Notes: a model not told the origin generated them from the letters alone. A stretch of DNA of 46,641 nucleotides from Kiritimatiellia bacterium (GCA_050950285.1 JBMNHG010000003.1:802337-848977); one strand, 5' to 3'; positions 39,399-46,641 are shown, counted from the stretch's first letter. Program-made: numbers and translations.

Positions 39399-40133
39399 TT
39401 ATTTTATTGCCTCAATCTCATATTCTTCAATTAAACCTTCATCGGCAAAACTAAAATATGAATTTTCTCCAATGATTACATGATCAAAAATCCGCAGTTC
39501 CATTGCCAGAGCGGCTTTTATCAGATCTTTGGTCAATCTTTTATCGGCATCACTAGGCTTTATATTTCCCGATGGATGATTATGCGCCAATATCATGGCG
39601 GGAGATTGATATTTCAGCGCTGTCAATAAAATGTCCCGAACCGATGGATTCACCCGATCAACTGTGCCCACATCTATATCAATGACTTCTGATACATGAT
39701 TGCCTTTATCCAGTAACAATATTTTAAATAGTTCCTTCTTTAAATCCCGCATCAGGGGCATCAGAAAATCCACCACATCAGCAGAAGATTTTACCACGCC
39801 ATGAAACGCCTTTTCCTCACTCATCATACGCCGTCCCAACTCAATTGCCGCTTTTAATTGGGCAATTTTGGCATCTTTCAATCCATTAATTTCTTTAAAC
39901 TCCGATATATCAACCCCGCTCATTGCCCGCAACGATTTGAATTTATTCAATAACTCCCTTCCCAAATCAATAGCGCTTTTACCAGCCGTTCCCGTTCTTA
40001 TTAAAATAGCCAGCAATTCGGCATTGCTTAAAACATGCTCGCCGTATTTTAATAATTTCTCCCTCGGCCTGTCATCTTCAGGCCAGTTGCGGATGGAAAA
40101 GGGATATTTTTTAATTTTTGACTTTTTGTTCAT
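39399..40133 (-). CDS. radC: RadC-family JAB-domain protein
   Basis: DRPREKLL..LSNAELLAILIRTG; HhH region; HNHPSG..PS.AD..DHVIIG JAB motif. Confidence 0.92.
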   Translation of the reverse strand: MNKKSKIKKYPFSIRNWPEDDRPREKLLKYGEHVLSNAELLAILIRTGTAGKSAIDLGRELLNKFKSLRAMSGVDISEFKEINGLKDAKIAQLKAAIELGRRMMSEEKAFHGVVKSSADVVDFLMPLMRDLKKELFKILLLDKGNHVSEVIDIDVGTVDRVNPSVRDILLTALKYQSPAMILAHNHPSGNIKPSDADKRLTKDLIKAALAMELRIFDHVIIGENSYFSFADEGLIEEYEIEAIK

Positions 40134-40146
40134 GATTTTTATAGTG

Positions 40147-40241
40147 GGCTAACGCGGAAGCTCACCCGCCCGCGCCCACCACAAAACCTGAAAGCACCAA
40201 ACAGCTTGCGGGCGCGGGTCGGGTGGAGCGCAATGTTAGGC
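40147..40241 (-). other. Integron attC site (95 bp)
   Basis: Minus strand: R'' GCCTAAC, 5-nt spacer, GCTC[C]ACCCG[A]CCCGCGCCC pairing with GGGCGCGGGCGGGTGAGC (extrahelical G and T on the bottom strand), R' GTTAGCC. Confidence 0.92.
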
Positions 40242-40254
40242 GATTTTGCCGCGT

Positions 40255-40680
40255 TTACTCTACAAGATCATTCTTGTCGCACTGACGAATTGCGCTAGAC
40301 ACGACTCGCGCAAACAAGCGAAGCGCAGATACAATTTGAAAGGCCGGAATGCCTTCCTCGAATGGAAGATAATAATCTGCTATCAACATATCCGGTCTTT
40401 GTTCAGGGATAAAAAATCGGCCTAAGATTATGTCGTCGTTCATCCTGTTGGTGAAAGCGTACTTCATATCTAGGGGTGCGGATTCCTTGACACCATAAAT
40501 TGACATAAACTCTATCAGTTTATTGTCCTGATTAACGGTCACTATGACTCGCGGCCCATCGCTGTGAACGACCAAATCACCATCGTCATCAAGGGACGTT
40601 TTGAAGAAGGCGCGTTTGAAAATCTGGGCAAGGTTAGATGTTGTAACTTCATTTTCTGCGATGACTTCTGCTGTTGTCAT
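40255..40680 (-). CDS. Cassette 1 gene: YbjN-like domain protein
   Basis: GAGG RBS. 141 aa with DDDGDL.., N..N..I..RF and a C-terminal amphipathic helix reminiscent of the YbjN fold. Flanked by GTTAGGC and attC. Confidence 0.6.
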   Translation of the reverse strand: MTTAEVIAENEVTTSNLAQIFKRAFFKTSLDDDGDLVVHSDGPRVIVTVNQDNKLIEFMSIYGVKESAPLDMKYAFTNRMNDDIILGRFFIPEQRPDMLIADYYLPFEEGIPAFQIVSALRLFARVVSSAIRQCDKNDLVE

Positions 40681-40708
40681 TAATTACCTCTTTTGGTTGA
40701 GTTGAAAC

Positions 40709-40725
40709 GCCTAACAGTGTTATTG
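40709..40725 (-). other. attI-like recombination site
   Basis: Minus strand CAATAACACT/GTTAGGC (AAC-N3-GTT as in attI1 AAACAAAGTT). Its core is the exact complement of R'' of the next attC; there is no attC-type hairpin upstream. Confidence 0.65.
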
Positions 40726-40768
40726 AGCCTACTTGGCACAACGGCTCCCTTAAGAAAAAACAATGCAG

Positions 40769-40797
40769 AGTATAGGCCTCATTGCGATCCCAGTCAA
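40769..40797 (-). promoter_or_regulatory. Pc-like sigma70 promoter facing the cassette array
   Basis: TTGACT-N17-TATACT, ~55 bp upstream of the attI-like core. Confidence 0.7.
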
Positions 40798-40842
40798 GTT
40801 CAGAAAAATCTTTTGAAGGCCGTATTTTGGGGTTGTTTTTAG

Positions 40843-41067
40843 AAGGAGAAACGGGGTCGTAGTTTGACATTAGACAAACAGCAGAAAGGCGAAGACAAGG
40901 AGAAACGGGGTCGTAGTTTGACATTAGACAAACAGCAGAAAGGCGAAGACAAGGAACGGTGAAATGATAGCGGCTCGGCTGAAAACCAACGGGTCTTGTA
41001 TCGGTCGGTTGCGCACGTATCGAGGGTGCTGGAAAAATGAAATGTCTCATGTCAAACTACGACCCCG
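40843..41067. repeat. 54-bp tandem duplication plus inverted copy; MITE/REP-like element
   Basis: 40843-40896 = 40897-40950. The core cggggtcgtagtttgacat (40852, 40906) recurs inverted as atgtcaaactacgaccccg at 41049-41067. Confidence 0.8.
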
Positions 41068-41089
41068 ATAACCACTGCTTGAAAGGCTG

Positions 41090-41530
41090 ATGTCGCTGAC
41101 GCCCTCGAAGCGCAGGCTCGCGGCCCTGCGCAAGCCGCTCCTCACGCCGCCAGGGGACGTGATGGCCCGGGAATCCTCTGACACCCTTGCCCACGCGAAT
41201 CCCGTCATCCGCCACGCGCTCGTCTTCATTCACGCGAACCTCGCGAAATCCTTCGGCTCACGGGAGGTGGCGGAGGGCATCGGCATCGACCGTTCAAAGC
41301 TCGACCATCTTTTCGCGGCGGAAACGCACCGCTCGGTCGGCGACGAGATTCGCCGCCAGCGTCTTATTCGAGCGAAACGCCTGCTTAAAGACCCCTCCGT
41401 CCCGATCTATCTCATCGCACACGCCTGTGGTTTCTGCAATTCCGCCTATCTCACGAATACCTTTCGCCGTGAAACCGGCTTCACGCCCAAGGCCTGGCGC
41501 CAATCAAACCTTAAGTCTTTTCGAACGTGA
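41090..41530 (+). pseudogene. AraC/XylR-type regulator C-terminal HTH region (sensor domain missing)
   Basis: PPGDVMARESSD..VIRHALVFI..RLIRAKRLL..IAHACGF....YLTNTFRRETGFTPKAWR; begins right after the inverted repeat. Confidence 0.7.
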
Positions 41531-41674
41531 CGCCTTGGAGATCTGCCTTCGCCTGGTCGATATCCAGACCGCGTCCGAGCAGGATGCCCACAATAGGTCC
41601 TTGCCGCAGAACGCGACTTCCGTCTGGTCGTGCGCAACCAGCTCGTAGCTCGTGCAGGGGCCGCCGATCGCGAT

Positions 41675-41911
41675 TCAGCGGACCACGATCGTCGTTCCCA
41701 CAATCTTCTTGGTGTTGAGCCGCTGCGCCGCCGACCAGTCGGTCGTGAAGCTGCGCGTGTCCAGATCCCGCTCCTCCGCATCCGCCACGGCGCTGATCGA
41801 GCGCGTGTCCAGCAGCGCTTCCGACGACACCGCGCTCACCTCCGCGCCCGCCAGCCCCGCCAACAGCGCCCCCGCCGCCAGCGCGGCCATCATTCCGTTT
41901 ACCGTTTTCAT
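41675..41911 (-). CDS. Small secreted protein with repeated L(D/N)T(R/K) motifs
   Basis: AAGGAA RBS, signal peptide, LDTRS x2 plus LNTKK, ends GTTIVVR; directly downstream of RT/TR. Confidence 0.55.
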   Translation of the reverse strand: MKTVNGMMAALAAGALLAGLAGAEVSAVSSEALLDTRSISAVADAEERDLDTRSFTTDWSAAQRLNTKKIVGTTIVVR

Positions 41912-41979
41912 CGTTTGGTTCCTTTCGTTTCTCTGTTTTTACCCGGTTGAAAAGGTTCCGGCACGGCTTTTGCCCCACC

Positions 41980-43245
41980 TCAAACGGCGGGGCTACCGGC
42001 CGCCCGGAGCCGGGCCTGTTCGTCCCCGCCTGAGCGGGGCGCGGGCGACGGCGGATGGGACCCTGCCTGTCCTTTTGGCCGCATGGTGCTCACAAGGCGG
42101 AAGCCGATGTTGTTGTTCCGGTTCGACGGGTCGTTGTTGTTGCGATACGCCGAACGGCAGTTCGACGCGGTGTTGTTCCAGCTTCCGCCCCGTTTCACGC
42201 GGTTCGAACCCGAATCCGCCCCTTCTCCGCCCGCCCTAAGATTTTTCCCGACAGTCAGGGTTGACCGAAGGATTCCCCTGAACCCGTACCAGCGCACCCC
42301 GCCTTCGGCTGCCGCCGCGCACATCGCCAATTGTTCGCTGTCTATCTCGCCCGACTGCCACTGGCGTTCCCGCAGCCTGAACTTCCGCCTCGTCCGCTGC
42401 AGACGCGATCTTTGGAAGCGCCATCCGCCGGGAAAAATCCTGAGCCCCAAAAACGCCAGGCCCTCGGACACCGGCGCGGTCACCGTCCGCTCGCCCTTGA
42501 TCTCCAGCCCGCGCTCCCTCTCGACCCATTCGCACACGCCGTCGTGCAGCCGCCATATTTCGGCCTTTCCGTCCGCGAAAAGGACGATGTCGTCCATGTA
42601 ACGGACATAGCCCGGAGCCCCCAACCCCTCCTTGGCGTAATGGTCCAGCCCCGACAGGTAGAAGTTGGCGAACCACTGGCTCGTCAGATTCCCGATGGGC
42701 AGCCCGCGCCCGTCCGGCAGCCCCGGCACCGGATGCCGCACGATCATCTCGATCACCCGGCGGATTTCTTTCTCGCGGAACATGGGCAGGAGCAGCTCCA
42801 ATAGCCTGTCGTGCGGAACGCTGTCGAAATACCGCCGAATGTCCAGCTTGCACGTCCAGCCGTGCCGCCGCACCAGCTCCCGCGCCCGCGCCGCCGCCCG
42901 GTGCGTACCCTTGCCGACGCGGCACGCGTAGCAATCCTCCGTGAACCCCCGCTCCAGCAGCGGCGCGATCACGCCGCACAGCGCGTGGTGCGCCACCCGG
43001 TCCCTCACCGGCGCGCAACTGATCGTGCGCGGCTTCGGGTCCGTCACCCGGAACTGCCCGTACGGCCCCGGCCGCCACGCGCCCGACAGCAGTTCCTCCC
43101 GCAATGCCGCCAACTCCTCTTCCCGCCGCGCCGCGAACGCCGCCACGTCACGCTTGGTGCCGCGCCCCTTCATCACGCGCCTCAGCGCCGCCGCCAGATT
43201 CTCCGGCGACGTGACCCGCTCCCAAAGCTGTCCGTACGATCTCAT
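41980..43245 (-). CDS. DGR reverse transcriptase (ORF extends through the TR)
   Basis: KPRTI..APVRDRVAHHAL, YACRVGKGTH, KLDIRRYFDSV, GLPIGNLTSQWFAN (DGR-type SQ), YVRYMDD and FLG. No maturase or endonuclease domain. Confidence 0.93.
   Translation of the reverse strand: MRSYGQLWERVTSPENLAAALRRVMKGRGTKRDVAAFAARREEELAALREELLSGAWRPGPYGQFRVTDPKPRTISCAPVRDRVAHHALCGVIAPLLERGFTEDCYACRVGKGTHRAAARARELVRRHGWTCKLDIRRYFDSVPHDRLLELLLPMFREKEIRRVIEMIVRHPVPGLPDGRGLPIGNLTSQWFANFYLSGLDHYAKEGLGAPGYVRYMDDIVLFADGKAEIWRLHDGVCEWVERERGLEIKGERTVTAPVSEGLAFLGLRIFPGGWRFQRSRLQRTRRKFRLRERQWQSGEIDSEQLAMCAAAAEGGVRWYGFRGILRSTLTVGKNLRAGGEGADSGSNRVKRGGSWNNTASNCRSAYRNNNDPSNRNNNIGFRLVSTMRPKGQAGSHPPSPAPRSGGDEQARLRAAGSPAV
42089..42222 (-). 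ncRNA. DGR template repeat (TR)
   Basis: 134-bp ungapped match to VR. 33 adenines on the coding strand and 11 AAC codons in the target frame. Confidence 0.93.
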
Positions 43246-43811
43246 TCTGTTTTCGAAAGAATCGAAAGATTCGACCGAATCGATTCATCCGATTCCATGA
43301 TTTCCTTGTCGGTCTCATCCGCCCCGCCGCCGTCCGCCCCTTCCTTCTCAGGCGCGGGCGCGGTCACGTCCGGCATCAGCCCCAGCACCTCCGCCCCGTA
43401 ATCCCGGCAGAACGCCTCGCCCACGCCGTCGATCTCCTTCAGCCCCGCCAGCGAGCGCGGCACCCGCCGCGCGATCTCCGCGAGCTGCGCGTTCCGCGCG
43501 ATCGCGTACGCCGGCTTCCCCTCCGCCCGCGCCCGGTCGTTGCGCCAGCGCTTCAGATCGCGGTACAGCGGTCGCCGCGCCTCCTCCAGCCCCTCCTCCG
43601 GGTCAGGCCCCGCGCGGCGGCGGAACCCGTCGCCGTCCGTCGGGGCGTCCCCCAGCAGCAGCGTCAGAGACAGGTGCGGCACGTTGCCGTGCGTGAAGAA
43701 ATGCTCGCGCGCCTCCAGCACCTCCCGTCCGGAGATCGCCTTGCGCAGCGCCTCCTCCGGAAAGCCCTGAAGCCCTTCCTGGTATCTCAGCGTGATCACC
43801 CGCACGTCCAT
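43242..43811 (-). CDS. HRDC-domain DGR accessory protein
   Basis: LYRDLKRWRNDRARAEGKPAYAIARNAQLAEIARRVPRSLAGLKEIDGVGEAFCRDYG is an HRDC pattern. GGAGGA RBS; ATGA overlap with the RT start. Confidence 0.88.
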   Translation of the reverse strand: MDVRVITLRYQEGLQGFPEEALRKAISGREVLEAREHFFTHGNVPHLSLTLLLGDAPTDGDGFRRRAGPDPEEGLEEARRPLYRDLKRWRNDRARAEGKPAYAIARNAQLAEIARRVPRSLAGLKEIDGVGEAFCRDYGAEVLGLMPDVTAPAPEKEGADGGGADETDKEIMESDESIRSNLSILSKTE

Positions 43812-43856
43812 ACTCATTTCCTCCGCAGTCGGCGGCAAACTCGCCACACTGACGGG

Positions 43857-43886
43857 ATACTAAGCCCGCCCGCCCGCCTCAGTCAA
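43857..43886 (-). promoter_or_regulatory. Candidate promoter for the HRDC-RT-TR transcript
   Basis: TTGACT-N18-TAGTAT. Confidence 0.45.
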
Positions 43887-44044
43887 GCGCGGTTTTTCCG
43901 CCGCGCGTTTAGCGCGCCGGAAATGCGCGCCCCCCCGCCATCCGCAGGGGGCCGCCGCCCCCTGCGCGACCCCCGCAAGAACCGTCCGTGTGTCGGCCGG
44001 GCGCGGGCTGCCGCCCTCGCGCCCGGTCCGCACACTCCCGGTCT

Positions 44045-44087
44045 CCCTCTCCCTCTGGGAGAGGGCCGCCTGCCTGCCGCAGGCAGG
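44045..44087. repeat. Two GC-rich hairpins downstream of VR (candidate DGR target-recognition cruciform; REP-like)
   Basis: cctgcctg-ccg-caggcagg (44069-44087) and ccctctccc-tct-gggagaggg (44045-44065). Confidence 0.65.
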
Positions 44088-44109
44088 GGGTGAGGGGAGC
44101 CGTACCCGG

Positions 44110-45433
44110 CTATGGCAGGGTCCTCACAAGGCGGAAGCCGATGCCGTTGTACCGGTCCGACGGGCCGCTGCTGGCGCGACACGCCGAACGGCAGTCCGAC
44201 GCGGTGCTGTTCCAGCCACCGCCCCGCACCACGCGGGACGAACCCGAATCCGCCCCCGTAGGATCTTCGGCCGGACCCGTCCCGAGATTCCCGACGTACC
44301 AGTCCAGGCACCACTCCCACACGTTGCCGTGCATGTCGTACAGGCCCCACGCGTTCGGCGCGTACGAGCCGACCGTTGCCGTGGCGTTCGCCGCGGTGCA
44401 TTCCGTCGCAGGATCGACCCACGCCGTGCCGTTCCACACCCTGCCGCCGTCGTACATGTAACGTCCCAACAGATCAAGCCGCGCGTCGGACGTGGTGTTC
44501 GTCAGGTTCACCGTGCCGTCGTTCAGCGCGCCGGTCGTGCCCGCCCGGCAGGCGTACTCCCACTGAGCTTCGGTCGGCAGGTCGAAGCCCGCCAGTCCGG
44601 TCTTGGTCCGCAGCCGCCCCATGAAGGAACCCGCGGTCACCGCGTCGTTCGCGGGCCAGTCCACGGCCGCGTCGTCCGTGTTGTTGATGTTCTCCCGGAT
44701 GTCGTAGTACGACACCTGCTCCACCGGGCGGGTCAGCCTGTAGTCGTTGTTACTCCACTTCGCAGGCCACGACCGCACGTCGCCCATCACCTGCTGCCAC
44801 TGGCTCTGCGTCACCTCGTAGACGCCCGCGTAGAACGCCTTGGTCAGCGTTACCTTGTGCCAGTCCTCCCGCGTGCCGTCGCGGCCGGTCTCGTTGGACG
44901 GCGAGCCCATCATGAACCCTTCTCCGCCCGTCGGCGGGATCTGGCGCATCAGGATGTGAACCGTCTTATACAGGTCGTTGGTCACACCCCCCGGCACCGC
45001 CTCCGCGCTGGCGTAATAGTAGACGGGATAGCTGTTCGTGGACGGTCCGCCGGTCACGTCCACTGCGCAGTACTGCGGCGGCGCGTTGGTGGACCACGCG
45101 GTCACCCGCGCCTTGGCTGGTCTCCGTCACGTTCTCCGGCCAGTCCGCGCCCGCGTTCCAGACGATGTGCCGATCCGTGCCGGGCTGGATCACCACCGAG
45201 ACGTCGCCGGAGAGGCGCGTCACCGCCGAGTCCGGGATCGCCACCCCGTTGGTCTCGATGCCGAGCGTGACGATGGCCGCCTCGCCCGCGAGGTCGTACA
45301 GCACATCCACCACGCGCGTGCCCGCGCGCTGCGCCATCCGCACGTTCGTCACCTGCGGCACGGCATACGCCGCGCCCGCGCCCATCGTCACGGCGGCCGC
45401 CACGGCCGCCGCTGTTTTCGTTATGCCTCTCAT
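44110..45433 (-). CDS. DGR target: secreted formylglycine-generating-enzyme (FGE-sulfatase/CLec-fold) domain protein; +1 frameshift near 45118
   Basis: Signal peptide at 45433. FMMGSP, YEVTQSQW, PVEQVSY, LPTEAQWEYACRAG, NAWGLYDMHGNVWEWC, RVVRGGGW and GFRLV. Removing 1 nt near 45118 joins ..NVTET to AKARVTAW.. Confidence 0.85.
44123..44256 (-). repeat. DGR variable repeat (VR)
   Basis: Near the 3' end of the target (~45 codons, ending 4 codons before the stop). 19 differences from TR, all opposite TR adenines. Confidence 0.93.
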
Positions 45434-45611
45434 TTCGCTCTCCTCCTGTTGCGGCGGCCGTGTGGCCGCCTGATTTTGTGAAAGTTCTTGGACACTCGAC
45501 GCTCGCCCCCCGACGCTCGGGGAAGGTTGCCGGTTGCCGATTGCTGATTGCCTCTTCCTTATAGTAGGTCCGAAGTCACTAGCATCCCATAGGGATGTTT
45601 GAAATTATTTC

Positions 45612-45749
45612 CAAGGGTAACCTCGCTTCGCTCGGTGGCTTTCAGACAGGAAAGAGCGCGAAGAACAGCCCTTGTTTCTTCAAGGGTAACCTCGCTTCGC
45701 TCGGTGGCTTTCAGACAGGAAAGAGCGCGAAGAACAGCCCTTGTTTCTT
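45612..45749. repeat. Perfect 69-bp tandem duplication
   Basis: 45612-45680 = 45681-45749. Confidence 0.9.
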
Positions 45750-45868
45750 GTACGTTACCTTTTCACCTGCACCCACAGGCAGACCGAACGAATCCTTTCT
45801 TTCCTGCTGACCGGAACCATATTACCTTTACCGACCAGTGTCAAGCGCAAAAATCAATTATTTTTCGG

Positions 45869-46641
45869 TCAGATCGCCAGAGTCAGTTGCCTGTAAACCG
45901 GCGACAGAGAAACCGCCGGACAATACGTCACCGGCGCGGTGCGCGCAGACAGGTTCCCGCCCCATTCGTAGACCACACCTTTCGTCTTGGTCCAGATGCG
46001 GATCAGCAGCATGTTCGCGGAGCCGCAGGCAGGGCAACGTATCTCGCCCTTGGCAAAACGCTCCTCCAGTTTCCGGCTGTCCGGCTGTCCGGGGCGTTGG
46101 CGGGCAAAGTACTGCGCCACCTGTCCGGCGCGGCGCACCAGAACCTGCAACGCATCGGCGACCAGGGCATGAATCTTCTTCCGCACCGGCCGGGCATAGA
46201 TGCCGTAGTAACGCACCATCCGGAATCCCTTCGGCGGGAGATGCCGTATCATCCGCCCGATGAACTCGGACGCCGGGATTGTCTCATGCACTTCGCCCTT
46301 GCGATGATCCTCGTACCGGTACGTGACATTCTGTCCGTCGTAGTTCTCGATGCGCCGGATCGAGATCGGCGGGGCGCTCACGTACTTGCACAGGTAGATT
46401 ACCAGCCGCTCCACCGGGCCTGACTCCGGCATGCAGTCGCAGTCAAACCCCGTCGGATACTTCGGAAACATCGAGCCCAGCCTGGCGTGCCAAGCGGCTT
46501 CATAGGCCGTGCCGCGCACCGCCTTTCTCAGAGCCGTGAGAACATGGTACTGCCACTTCTTGCGCAGTTTCTTCGTGTCGAAGAAGTTCACCTGCCGCCA
46601 GGCGTTGTCCTTGTCAATGCCGCCCTCGCTGACCACAAAGC
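45869..46641 (-). mobile_element. IS91-family (Y2 rolling-circle) transposase, 5' part outside the window
   Basis: YLCKYVSAPPIS (YxxxY), VTYRYEDH, EFIGRMIRHLPPKGFRMVRYYG and a C-terminal CPACG. Confidence 0.8.

Larger units (their letters stand above)
41980..45433 (-). mobile_element. Diversity-generating retroelement: target(VR)-HRDC-RT-TR
   Basis: DGR-type RT, plus a 134-bp TR/VR pair with adenine-only mismatches, plus a CLec/FGE target. Confidence 0.95.

Noticed and set aside
40843..40955. 54-bp repeats (and the 69-bp repeats at 45612-45749) as CRISPR arrays
   Set aside because: Only two head-to-tail identical copies with no unique spacers, and no cas genes.
40800..41530. Integron integrase gene
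   Set aside because: No ORF with tyrosine-recombinase R..HxLRH..Y motifs; ORF 40649..41050 is just translation of the tandem repeat.
41980..43245. RT as group II intron, retron or Abi RT
   Set aside because: No maturase/En domain, the GNLTSQ motif is DGR-type, and an adenine-specific TR/VR pair is present.
43252..43297. Degenerate 9-mer repeats (tcgaaagaa..) at the HRDC/RT junction and 7-mers at ~45527-45553
   Set aside because: Short low-complexity tandem repeats like others in this window; no evidence for a specific function.

Overview
High-GC (~70% by eye) bacterial window, probably PVC superphylum / Kiritimatiellae-like, inferred only from protein styles. Bases 1-13.4 kb hold four tandem paralogous secreted Gly-rich (GAGIGGG-repeat) modular proteins, one of them frameshifted. 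Bases 13.7-30.1 kb hold metabolic and housekeeping genes: XRE-cupin regulator, acyl-CoA ligase, metY, SASA fragment, pseudopilin, large NHL/CBM9-like protein, MFS-HEAT, ThiE-HAD fusion and SNF2 helicase. The rpmH-rnpA-yidD-yidC operon follows at 30.2-32.9 kb. An accessory island lies immediately upstream of rpmH. It contains an IS4-type element and a low-GC integron cassette array with a Pc-like promoter, an attI-like site and two canonical attC sites but no intI; one 5.3-kb cassette carries radC + Type III mod + res. It also contains a complete diversity-generating retroelement (DGR): FGE/CLec target with VR, HRDC accessory gene instead of avd, RT, and a TR read in-frame as the C-terminus of the RT ORF, with 19/19 TR-VR mismatches at TR adenines. 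A partial IS91-family transposase closes the window. All calls come from reading the sequence; no database searches were run.
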